From: a virus
Taxonomy: Duplodnaviria > Heunggongvirae > Uroviricota > Caudoviricetes
DNA: 16,383 nt
Reading direction: 5' to 3' (one strand)
IMG/VR virus record: IMGVR_UViG_2630968533_000009
The notes beneath the pieces were generated by a model. It made no database searches and had not been told where the DNA came from. It saw only the letters and a list, made by a program, of their open reading frames with translations. The position numbers were made by a program, and so were the translations under genes. Shown here piece after piece: positions 1-7,773 of the stretch. Numbering within the stretch: the first letter of the stretch is position 1; each line of letters opens with the position of its first letter.

Positions 1-348
1 TTACGAATTACTGCGGCGCTGTTGCTTTTCCGCATGTACGCGTTTCACAATCTTATAAATCCATTGCAGCGTCAGATTATATTTCTTCGCTAATTCGGCG
101 TAGTTGCGCCCATCGCACTCGCTATAGATTTGGTAGTCACGCTCCGATGCTCGTCCGGAGATCCCCTTAGGGAAATAGATGCTTTGTCCGCCCCAGTTAC
201 GCATCATTCGGTCGGCAATGGCAAAACCCACATTTTCTGCCGATGAACTGTCGAGATTGATGCTTTCAATCAGAACTTGCGATGCATGAAAAGCCAGGTC
301 GTTAATGATCTCCGGTGTCCGGGCCATCTCTTTTGATTTTCGTATCAT
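1..348 (-). CDS. Mor/C-family transcriptional activator (phage Mu middle/late activator-like)
   Basis: Complete 115-aa ORF: ATG at 348 with GGAG 7 nt upstream, TAA at 1..3. C-terminal segment (GGQSIYFPKG ... NYAELAKKYNLTLQWIYKIVKR) matches the helix-turn-helix region I recall for Mu Mor/C-type activators. Divergent from the lysis/tail genes. Confidence 0.8.
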   Translation of the reverse strand: MIRKSKEMARTPEIINDLAFHASQVLIESINLDSSSAENVGFAIADRMMRNWGGQSIYFPKGISGRASERDYQIYSECDGRNYAELAKKYNLTLQWIYKIVKRVHAEKQQRRSNS

Positions 349-569
349 TTTTCATCTCCATATATCTTGCATCCTGAATAAGACCCGATGCGTGTAAAAC
401 CACGGATATACGCTAAGCAGTTGTCATTACTGCTACTCAATACATTCAATAAACAAATAAACAATCACCAAAAATATAAACTTTTAATATTAATGAACGT
501 CATAAATTCACGAAATAAATATATTGTTTGGATTATGTTTCTTATCAACAGGAGTATCATTTTACACTA

Positions 570-589
570 TACTGTATACATATACAGTA
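570..589. promoter_or_regulatory. LexA (SOS) box, TACTGTATACATATACAGTA
   Basis: Read directly: CTGT-N8-ACAG with an AT-rich spacer, 19/20 match to the E. coli LexA consensus TACTGTATATATATACAGTA. Lies in the AT-rich region between the activator gene and the lysis operon. Confidence 0.8.
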
Positions 590-829
590 TTATTTTTACC
601 TGTAGAGTAAAAAGATCGTTTCCCTCACAGTCGCTGACTTTCTTAAACAAACTTTAAAAATCAAATAACTATCGACTATTCCTACGATCCACCATCATCT
701 TTCCCCTGCATAATGACGCGCTTATTAGCCTGGTCACCTTTTGCTCTTTAATTGCTGAGTCGATTTATTAGCGGGCTTGTTCATTTATAGAGAATCTATT
801 TTTTAAACTTATTTATTAAAGCTTTTTTC

Positions 830-838
830 ATTCTTCAC
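830..838 (+). promoter_or_regulatory. Candidate late-promoter/activator element ATTCTTCAC, copy 1, 48 nt upstream of the 886 start
   Basis: Same 9-mer, preceded by TTAAAG/TTAAAAG, recurs at 2181..2189 upstream of the tail operon. A chance match is possible (roughly 1 in 10 for regions of this size). Confidence 0.25.
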
Positions 839-885
839 TGGCGGGTTCTGACGACACTAAACGCTCACTTATCAGGAGATATCGT

Positions 886-1173
886 ATGAAAAAAGTCACT
901 TTTCCCCGGCTTTCCGGCTGGCTAGTCGCTTCCGCCGCGCTGTTTGTCGTGATCGGCTGGACCTCTTCCGCACAGATCCCGGTCGTCATTTATAAACTAA
1001 GCCTGGTTTCGCTTTCCGCGGTGCTGGGATACTGGCTCGATCGCAGTTTGTTCCCCTGGGCACGGCCTGACTCTTTTAGCCCCTGGAAGGAACCTCGTTG
1101 CTGCGCGGCGGCAATGATTCGCCGCGCCATCATCGTTGCCGCCGTCTGTCTTTCCGTCGCCTTAGGGCTATAG
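886..1173 (+). CDS. Small membrane protein, putative holin
   Basis: 95 aa with AGGAG 8 nt upstream. Three hydrophobic helix-length segments (WLVASAALFVVIGW, LSLVSLSAVLGYWL, IIVAAVCLSVALGL). Sits immediately upstream of the lysozyme gene. Confidence 0.45.
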   Translation: MKKVTFPRLSGWLVASAALFVVIGWTSSAQIPVVIYKLSLVSLSAVLGYWLDRSLFPWARPDSFSPWKEPRCCAAAMIRRAIIVAAVCLSVALGL

Positions 1174-1175
1174 TG

Positions 1176-1781
1176 ATGTGGCTGAAATATATCGCGTCTA
1201 TGATTATTTTCGTTCTTTTCCCGCTTAACGCCTCTGAACCGCCGCGAGCCTCTCTGGCATGGCGAAACGAACTAATTCGTACAGCTCGAGAAGTCTGGGG
1301 GCTGAATGCTCCAGTGGCCGACTTTGCCGGGCAATTACACCAGGAGTCCGCCTGGCAGCCAATGGTACGTTCCCCCGTTGGCGCACAAGGTATGGCGCAA
1401 TTTATGCCTGCTACAGCGACATGGATAAGCCAGTTGTATCCACAATTGCGTGAAAACAAACCGTATAACCCAACCTGGGCGATTCGCGCGCTGGTGCAAT
1501 ATGACCAGCATTTGTGGAAAAACATCTCTGCGAAAAATGATTGTCAGCGTATGGCGTTTACCCTAAGCGCCTATAACGGCGGTCAGGGGTGGGTTAACCG
1601 GGATAAAAAACTGGCTGCATCCAAAGGGTTAGATGCCACTAGCTGGTTTGGTCATGTTGAGCAAGTCAACGCCGGGCGCAGCGCCACGAACTGGCGAGAA
1701 AATCGTCGCTATCCAAAGATGATCCTCTATCAACATGCCGCCCGCTATTTACTCTGGGGACAGGCAAGCTGTCTTCATTAA
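1176..1781 (+). CDS. Lytic transglycosylase (SLT-domain) endolysin with N-terminal signal or signal-anchor segment
   Basis: Motifs QESAW (catalytic Glu-Ser), GMAQFMP and AYNGGQG match the SLT family signature. N-terminal MWLKYIASMIIFVLFPLNA is hydrophobic. Start set at ATG 1176 just after the holin stop (1171..1173) rather than the track's 1098, which would overlap the holin. Confidence 0.85.
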   Translation: MWLKYIASMIIFVLFPLNASEPPRASLAWRNELIRTAREVWGLNAPVADFAGQLHQESAWQPMVRSPVGAQGMAQFMPATATWISQLYPQLRENKPYNPTWAIRALVQYDQHLWKNISAKNDCQRMAFTLSAYNGGQGWVNRDKKLAASKGLDATSWFGHVEQVNAGRSATNWRENRRYPKMILYQHAARYLLWGQASCLH

Positions 1782-1793
1782 TCAGAGGGGCCG

Positions 1794-2108
1794 ATGAAAC
1801 TCAGTATCGATTTTTGGGAAGTGATCTCCCTTATGCTTTCCTTCGTTGGATTAATGTTTGCTGCCGGAAAACTGCTGTTAGCACAAATTGAAAAACGACT
1901 TAATGAGCGTTTTGAGTCTCTGGAAAATGCCCGCAGGGAATCAGAAACAAGTTGGTCGAAACTGGAAAGAGAATTTCTCGAATTTCGTGCCGAGCTTCCG
2001 CTGCATTATGTCCGCAGAGAAGATTATCTTCGTGGGCAAGCAGTATTAGAAGCGAAGCTGGATGCCTTATATAGCAAAATCGAGCTGTTACAACGTGGCA
2101 GTTATTGA
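1794..2108 (+). CDS. Membrane-anchored coiled-coil protein, lysis accessory (possible i-spanin-like)
   Basis: 104 aa with GAGGGG RBS. One N-terminal transmembrane segment (ISLMLSFVGLMFAAGKLLL) followed by a charged helical region. Last gene of the lysis cassette; no partner lipoprotein ORF found. Confidence 0.35.
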   Translation: MKLSIDFWEVISLMLSFVGLMFAAGKLLLAQIEKRLNERFESLENARRESETSWSKLEREFLEFRAELPLHYVRREDYLRGQAVLEAKLDALYSKIELLQRGSY

Positions 2109-2110
2109 AA

Positions 2111-2145
2111 AATCCCCACCCTTATGTAAGGGTGGGGATTTTTTT
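2111..2145 (+). terminator. Rho-independent terminator after the lysis cassette
   Basis: Perfect 14-bp stem AATCCCCACCCTTA / TAAGGGTGGGGATT with a 3-nt loop, followed by seven T residues (2139..2145), directly after the 2108 stop. Confidence 0.8.
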
Positions 2146-2180
2146 AACCATTCAATTTTTTCTCTAAATCACATTAAAAG

Positions 2181-2189
2181 ATTCTTCAC
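2181..2189 (+). promoter_or_regulatory. Candidate late-promoter/activator element ATTCTTCAC, copy 2, 64 nt upstream of the 2253 start
   Basis: Identical 9-mer to 830..838 with the same AAAG-type upstream context, located between the terminator and the first tail gene. Confidence 0.25.
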
Positions 2190-2252
2190 CTTCGCTGCTT
2201 CAGAATACATTTCAACGATAACGAAGTGAGCGGTAATTAAGGTACAGCCTAT

Positions 2253-2708
2253 ATGGAAATTTTATCTGTAATGAATTCTGTTGTGACCAGATTACGTGAA
2301 CACAACTCCGAAATGGATATATTTATTTCATCTAAGGATGCCCAGAAATATATTCCACAGACACAACGAGTTGCAGTGATTATTAATTATAGCGGTTCTG
2401 TCTTTGCTACGCCCGAAAGCAGTAATGCCATCGTGCAACAGCAAATACTCCGCTTAACCGCCACCGTTATTGTTGGCAAAAATTGTGATGCATTAAACGC
2501 ACTTGATCACATACGCAGCGCATTGGGTGGCCTTCCGCTTCCTGATTGTGATCGTCTGCTTTGGCTTGAAAAAGAAATTAATACGGGTGAGAGCGGCGGT
2601 TTCTGCCGCTACATCCTGGAAATGGCGACCAGCTCGCTGTTTATCGCTGAACAGGAAAGCACGGATCTTCCCCTGCTTACGGAAGTTAACTACGAGGAAA
2701 CTGAATGA
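2253..2708 (+). CDS. Phage tail protein, Mu gp37-like (tail completion/terminator candidate)
   Basis: 151-aa ORF, first gene of the tail operon, stop overlaps the next start (ATGA). Assignment rests mainly on position two genes upstream of the sheath, as in Mu-like tails. Confidence 0.4.
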   Translation: MEILSVMNSVVTRLREHNSEMDIFISSKDAQKYIPQTQRVAVIINYSGSVFATPESSNAIVQQQILRLTATVIVGKNCDALNALDHIRSALGGLPLPDCDRLLWLEKEINTGESGGFCRYILEMATSSLFIAEQESTDLPLLTEVNYEETE

Positions 2709-2902
2709 AATACATCTACAACGGCCCAGCAAGCGGCGTCACCCTTGCCGATGGACAAGAAATCTTATTGTGGCCGAACAGTGAAATTGATCTGCCAGAA
2801 GACAACGAGTGGGTCATGACCATGATTGCCCGCAATCATCTGACTCCTGTCATCACTCAGGAAGAACAAAATAACGTAGAGGAAATTGTACATGGCAGCT
2901 AA
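2705..2902 (+). CDS. Small tail-associated protein preceding the sheath (DUF2635-like)
   Basis: 65-aa ORF translationally coupled on both sides. A small conserved gene in this position is typical of Mu-like tail clusters. Confidence 0.4.
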   Translation: MKYIYNGPASGVTLADGQEILLWPNSEIDLPEDNEWVMTMIARNHLTPVITQEEQNNVEEIVHGS

Positions 2903-4316
2903 TTATCTGCACGGTGTAGAAACTATTGAAATTGAAACCGGCCCGCGTCCGGTTAAAGCGGTAAAATCCGCCGTCATCGCTTTAATCGGTACATCCCCCT
3001 GCGGTCCGGTAAATAAACCAACATTATGCCTTTCTGAAAGCGATGCTGCGCAGTTTGGCTCGACTCAGGCTAACTTTACGATCCCACAGGCACTGAAGGC
3101 AATTTATGACCACGGTGCCGGTACGGTGGTGGTGATTAACGTGCTGGATCCGGCAAAACATGGCTCCAACATCAGCAATGAGAGTATCACTTTTGATGCT
3201 AACAACCAGGCGAAGCTCGCTCACCGCAATGTGCGTAACGTGGTACTAAAGCCCTCTTCATCAAATTCATCAACCTTTAACACCGCAGCATTTAGCGTAG
3301 ATGAACAAACAGGCATAATTACCCGTAAAGGAGCCGACATTCCTCCTGGTGCGAAAGTTTGTGCCTATTATTCCTGGTGCGACCCTACAAAGGTCACCGC
3401 AGCCGATATTATCGGTACCGTAAATACCGCAGGCGACCGCACGGGGATGAAACTCCTTCAGGACACCTATAACCTGTACGGTTTCTACGCCAAAATCCTG
3501 CTTGCTCCTGTGTTTTGTACGCAAAAATCGGTGACTACTGAGCTGATTGCACAAGCGGAAAAACTCGGTGCGATTACCTACATTGATGCCCCGATTGGGA
3601 CAACATTCCAGCAGGTATTGGCTGGACGCGGTTCGCAAGGGGCTATCAACTTCAATACCAGCTCTGATCGTGCGCGTTTATGTTACCCACATGTCAAAGT
3701 TTACGATGGCATCACTAACCAGGAAATTCTTGAGCCTCTCTCTTCGCGTGCTGCCGGGCTGCGTGCCAAAGTAGACCTCGAAAAAGGTTTCTGGTGGAGC
3801 AACTCAAACCAGGAAATTCAGGGTATTACCGGTATTGAACGTTCGCTTTCCGCAATGATTGATGATCCACAAAGCGAAGTGAATCAGCTCAACGAAAACG
3901 GCATTACCACTATTTTCAATAGTTACGGCTCTGGTCTGCGCTTGTGGGGTAACCGCACAGCGGCATGGCCTACCGTGACCCATATGCGTAACTTTGAAAA
4001 CGTCCGCCGGACAGGCGATGTAATCAATGAGTCAATCCGTTATTTCAGTCAGCAGTATATTGATATGCCGATTAATCAGGCACTTATTGACGCGCTGACC
4101 GAATCGGTAAATACCTGGGGCCGAAAACTGATTGCCGACGGCGCACTGCTTGGCTTTGAGTGCTGGTACGATCCGGCACGAAATTCACCGGCTGAACTCA
4201 GCGCCGGGCATTTATTGCTGAGCTATAAATTCACCCCGCCACCGCCGCTGGAACGTCTGACGTTTGAAACTGAAATTACTTCTGAATATTTAGTCTCTCT
4301 GGAGAGCAATAGCTAA
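2892..4316 (+). CDS. Contractile tail sheath protein
   Basis: About 474 aa. N-terminus MAANYLHGVETIEIETGPRP resembles the P2 FI / Mu L sheath N-terminus. ATG 2892 with GAGGAA RBS preferred over the track's TTG at 2886. Confidence 0.9.
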   Translation: MAANYLHGVETIEIETGPRPVKAVKSAVIALIGTSPCGPVNKPTLCLSESDAAQFGSTQANFTIPQALKAIYDHGAGTVVVINVLDPAKHGSNISNESITFDANNQAKLAHRNVRNVVLKPSSSNSSTFNTAAFSVDEQTGIITRKGADIPPGAKVCAYYSWCDPTKVTAADIIGTVNTAGDRTGMKLLQDTYNLYGFYAKILLAPVFCTQKSVTTELIAQAEKLGAITYIDAPIGTTFQQVLAGRGSQGAINFNTSSDRARLCYPHVKVYDGITNQEILEPLSSRAAGLRAKVDLEKGFWWSNSNQEIQGITGIERSLSAMIDDPQSEVNQLNENGITTIFNSYGSGLRLWGNRTAAWPTVTHMRNFENVRRTGDVINESIRYFSQQYIDMPINQALIDALTESVNTWGRKLIADGALLGFECWYDPARNSPAELSAGHLLLSYKFTPPPPLERLTFETEITSEYLVSLESNS

Positions 4317-4840
4317 TGGCTGGAAAAATTCAAATTAACCGTATTACCAACGCCAATATTTATCTCGATGGTAATAACCTTTTAGGTCGTGCAACAGAAA
4401 TTAAATTGCCGGATGTAAGTTTAATTATGCAGGAGCATAAAGCACTGGGCATGGTGGGTAAAATCGAACTCCCGGCAGGTTTCGATAAACTGGAGGGCGA
4501 AATTAAATGGAACTCCTTCTATCAGGACGTAATGCGTAAAACGGCAAACCCGTGGCAGGCGGTTGCATTACAGTGCCGCTCCAGTATTGATTGCTATAAC
4601 TCCCAGGGGAAAGCGAATCAATTAGCGCTAGTGACACATTTAACCGTGATGTTTAAAAAGAATCCACTGGGCACATTTAAACAGAATGAAAACCCGGAAT
4701 TCAGCAGCGCCTTTGGTTGCACTTATATTAAACAAGTAGTTGATGGTGAAACGCTGCTTGAACTTGATTATATGGCCAATATTTTCCGGGTTAATGGTGT
4801 GGATCAATTAAGTACCTATCGCAATAACATCGGTGGCTAA
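4316..4840 (+). CDS. Tail tube protein
   Basis: 174-aa ORF immediately after the sheath, start overlapping the sheath stop (TAATG). Size and position match P2 FII / Mu M-type tube proteins. Confidence 0.8.
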   Translation: MAGKIQINRITNANIYLDGNNLLGRATEIKLPDVSLIMQEHKALGMVGKIELPAGFDKLEGEIKWNSFYQDVMRKTANPWQAVALQCRSSIDCYNSQGKANQLALVTHLTVMFKKNPLGTFKQNENPEFSSAFGCTYIKQVVDGETLLELDYMANIFRVNGVDQLSTYRNNIGG

Positions 4841-4844
4841 GTTA

Positions 4845-4864
4845 TTCGGGGCTACGGCCCCGAA
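4845..4864 (+). other. RNA hairpin after the tube gene (8-bp GC-rich stem, 4-nt loop)
   Basis: TTCGGGGC-tacg-GCCCCGAA is a perfect inverted repeat 5 nt after the tube stop, with no long T tract. Likely an mRNA-stabilising or partial-termination element. Confidence 0.5.
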
Positions 4865-4890
4865 CTTTGCAAAATAAATAAGGACACAAA

Positions 4891-5208
4891 ATGAAAGAAC
4901 ATTATATCTTGCAGTTTCCATTTACGTCGGCAGCAGGAAATAATATCGACACGCTGCAATTACGTCGCCTGAAAGTAAAAGATATGCGCAACGCCCGCCG
5001 GATCAGCGAAAAGCCAGAAGAGTGGGATGAACCGCTGATGGCGGCGATGACCGGACTGGTGCCAGAAGATTTAGCCGAAATGGATTTGCTGGATTACCAG
5101 GCATTGCAGAAACGATTTCAATCCATGCTTACCGTGGTTACAGAATCCTCCCCTGCTATGGCAGGCAATGGCGCTACTGGCGAGATGGTTTCGCTTTCCG
5201 CCCAGTGA
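4891..5208 (+). CDS. Tail assembly chaperone (gpE/gpG-like)
   Basis: 105-aa acidic ORF between tube and tape measure, the conserved chaperone position. AAGGA RBS. Confidence 0.5.
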   Translation: MKEHYILQFPFTSAAGNNIDTLQLRRLKVKDMRNARRISEKPEEWDEPLMAAMTGLVPEDLAEMDLLDYQALQKRFQSMLTVVTESSPAMAGNGATGEMVSLSAQ

Positions 5209-5282
5209 GATAGACGCCCTTACCGTCGATGACTTTAGCAACTGGCTGGATGAAGCCAGCGCCCAAATAAAAATCGAATATG

Positions 5283-5307
5283 ACTCGCAGACCTGATGTC
5301 TGCGAGT
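5283..5307 (+). other. Hairpin in the chaperone-tape measure spacer (10-bp stem, 5-nt loop)
   Basis: ACTCGCAGAC-ctgat-GTCTGCGAGT is a perfect inverted repeat. It covers the stop of the +1-frame extension of the chaperone. Confidence 0.5.
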
Positions 5308-5397
5308 TTCCCAAGCCCGTCAGGTTTATTTCTTCCCTGCCCCTTTTTTTAGAAAAATAACCAGCGGGCCATTATCAATATTTAAAGAGAAACAATT

Positions 5398-7773
5398 TTG
5401 GCCAACGATATTATTACCCAGCTTCAGGCGCGTAATGAGACGTTGACGCAGGCAATAGCCCGTTACGGCTCACTCAACGCCAGAACATTGTTAACTCTCT
5501 CTACTCAGCAGGCGACAGTTATCAAACTAACGCAGCAGCTTGCCGATTCCGCTCTCCGCCTGGAGGAAAATAGCCGCAGCCGCGCTAATCTGATGGAGAA
5601 AACCCAAACATTTGCCGGGCAATTTAGCAAAGTATTCAATGTTGAAGCCCCCGACTGGAAGTTGCCGTATGAGTTTCAGGACAACATGGTCAATATGGCG
5701 ACCAAAGGTGGGATGAATGCTACAACCCGCGAGACGCTCAGCCTTAATCTGCGCGACTGGAGCATGGATTTTAACCAGCAGCAGACCACCTTACAGAACG
5801 CAGCCCAAACGCTGATCGAAGGCAATTTGTCGTCGATGCAGGATCTCAACCGTTATATGCCGGAGATCGCCAAAGCTGCCACCGCCACGCGCGAAAGTGC
5901 TGAAACGTGGGCGAATGCCGCGCTCGCGACTCATGATCGACTGAATATTGCCCCGGAAAATTTCCACGCCGCGCAAAACATGATGTACGGCATTAGCAAA
6001 AGCGGTGGGCCTGCCATTGCTGAACAAACGCAGTGGATAGAGAAATTTGCAGGTAAAACCGGCGCTCAGGGTCTGGAAGGTATGGCTGAACTGACTGCCG
6101 CCATGCAGATCGCAATGAAAAATGGGGCCAGCGCCAGTGCGGCGGCGGAGAATTTTGACCACTTTCTGCAAACCACCTTTTCGAAAAAAACCGATAGCTG
6201 GTTCGCCAGCCAGGGCGTCGATCTGCAAGGCTCTCTGCTTGAACATCAGCAAAACGGTATGGGTGTTAGCGAAGCCATGACTCATATCGTACAAATGCAG
6301 CTTGAGAAGATGAACCCGGCGATCCTCGACACCTTCAAACGTACTATGCAGATTGAAGATTTATCTGCTCGCAGCAATGCGCTGCAATCGATGGTGTCGC
6401 AATTTAATCTGGGCGAAATGTTCGGCGATGTGCAAACGGTGGAATTCCTGGCACCTATGCTGGCGAATATGGAGGAATATCGCCAGTTAAAAGCCTCTGC
6501 CATGCAAGCCACCAGCAAGAATCTGATTAACGCTGACTTTTCTGCGCAAATGGCCTCGCCCATTGAACAGACTAAAGCGTTACAGCTGGCATTAAATGAT
6601 TTATGGCTCAGCATTGGTTTGCAGCTTATGCCGGCGATTGGCGAGCTGGCACAAAGCCTTACGACGGTTATTCGCCAGTTCAGCGCCTGGCTACGCGAAC
6701 ATCCGGCGCTGGTGCAAAACATTGCGAAAATCGTCGGGGCGGTTTGGCTGTTTAACGGCGCGCTGAATGTTTTAAAGCTGGGCGCGAACCTCATCACCTC
6801 GCCGTTTATTCGTCTGGTCGATATCTTCCTGAAAGTCAAGGCAAGTCTGGCGCTCACAGGCGGGGCAAGTAAGATGCTATCAGCGGTTAAGTCATTGGGT
6901 GGCGGCGCAAAATGGCTAATGCAACTGCTTGGTCGTGGCCTGATTGGCGCACTGAAACAGGTAGGTCAGACCGTCTTCTGGTTGGGTAGGGTTTTATTGA
7001 TGAATCCCATTGGTCTGGTCATCACTGCGATTGCGGGCGCTGCTTATCTGATTTGTCGCAACTGGGAGCCTATCTCCAGGTTCTTTTCGACCATCTGGCA
7101 ACGTATCACCACGGCCTTTGACGGCGGCATTGCAGGAATTTGTCGGTTGATTCTCGACTGGTCACCGCTGGAGTTGTTCTATAGCGCCTTTTCCAGTGTG
7201 ATGAATTGGTTTGGTGTCGAGATGCCTGCAAGTTTTAGCGAGTTCGGCAGCAATCTTCTGGGCAGTCTGGTTGACGGCATAATGAATGCCTTCCCCGCTC
7301 TGAAAGGCATTATTGATCAGGTAAAAAACGCCATCCCAGACTGGCTAAAAACCACGATGGGTATTAGTACAGAAGGATCGGCTACAGCTATTACAAGCAC
7401 GACTAATACCGCATCCGTCTCCCCCGCGACCGTTGTTCCAGGCGTTGCCGGTGCGATTTTAACACCGCCGGTGGGCAAACAACTCGCGCCATCCGGCAAA
7501 ACGGCTACGCCGTCATCGGCGCCAGCGGCAAAAAATACAGCCGCCAAACCCGTATCTGCCTCTTTACCTGGTAAATCCGTAACCAAACCGGCGACGCTAC
7601 CCTCCCGTTCCTCAGGAAAAGTCCAGGTAAATTTTTCGCCACAAATTACCGTGCAGGGTAACGGACAAAACACCACTAAAGAGATTCAGAACGTGTTGAC
7701 GATGAGTAAACGCGAACTGGAAAGAATGATTAACGATGTAATGGCGCAGCAGCAGCGCCGGGGGTATGCCTGA
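5398..7773 (+). CDS. Tail tape measure protein
   Basis: 791 aa: helical N-terminal region, long central hydrophobic/Gly-rich section, Ser/Thr/Pro/Ala-rich C-terminal segment. Start appears to be TTG at 5398 (no in-frame ATG before an upstream TAA), so the start is less certain than the call. Confidence 0.85.
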   Translation: MANDIITQLQARNETLTQAIARYGSLNARTLLTLSTQQATVIKLTQQLADSALRLEENSRSRANLMEKTQTFAGQFSKVFNVEAPDWKLPYEFQDNMVNMATKGGMNATTRETLSLNLRDWSMDFNQQQTTLQNAAQTLIEGNLSSMQDLNRYMPEIAKAATATRESAETWANAALATHDRLNIAPENFHAAQNMMYGISKSGGPAIAEQTQWIEKFAGKTGAQGLEGMAELTAAMQIAMKNGASASAAAENFDHFLQTTFSKKTDSWFASQGVDLQGSLLEHQQNGMGVSEAMTHIVQMQLEKMNPAILDTFKRTMQIEDLSARSNALQSMVSQFNLGEMFGDVQTVEFLAPMLANMEEYRQLKASAMQATSKNLINADFSAQMASPIEQTKALQLALNDLWLSIGLQLMPAIGELAQSLTTVIRQFSAWLREHPALVQNIAKIVGAVWLFNGALNVLKLGANLITSPFIRLVDIFLKVKASLALTGGASKMLSAVKSLGGGAKWLMQLLGRGLIGALKQVGQTVFWLGRVLLMNPIGLVITAIAGAAYLICRNWEPISRFFSTIWQRITTAFDGGIAGICRLILDWSPLELFYSAFSSVMNWFGVEMPASFSEFGSNLLGSLVDGIMNAFPALKGIIDQVKNAIPDWLKTTMGISTEGSATAITSTTNTASVSPATVVPGVAGAILTPPVGKQLAPSGKTATPSSAPAAKNTAAKPVSASLPGKSVTKPATLPSRSSGKVQVNFSPQITVQGNGQNTTKEIQNVLTMSKRELERMINDVMAQQQRRGYA

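Noticed and set aside
388-657. 89-aa plus-strand ORF in the AT-rich control region
   Set aside because: Low-complexity, Ile/Asn/Lys-rich translation typical of AT-rich non-coding DNA, no RBS, and it spans the LexA box. Treated as regulatory sequence.
1098-1781. Longer lysozyme ORF starting at 1098
   Set aside because: The extra 26 codons overlap the end of the holin-like gene in another frame and are Arg-rich. ATG 1176 follows the holin stop and precedes the hydrophobic N-terminus.
1794-2108. Embedded o-spanin inside the membrane coiled-coil gene
   Set aside because: The only alternative-frame ORF (about 50 codons from an ATG near 1897) has no lipobox or signal sequence.
2886-4316. Sheath start at TTG 2886
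   Set aside because: An ATG two codons downstream (2892) has better spacing to the GAGGAA Shine-Dalgarno sequence.
4891-5213. Conventional -1 frameshift extension of the chaperone
   Set aside because: The -1 frame terminates at 5211..5213, so it cannot give an extended product.
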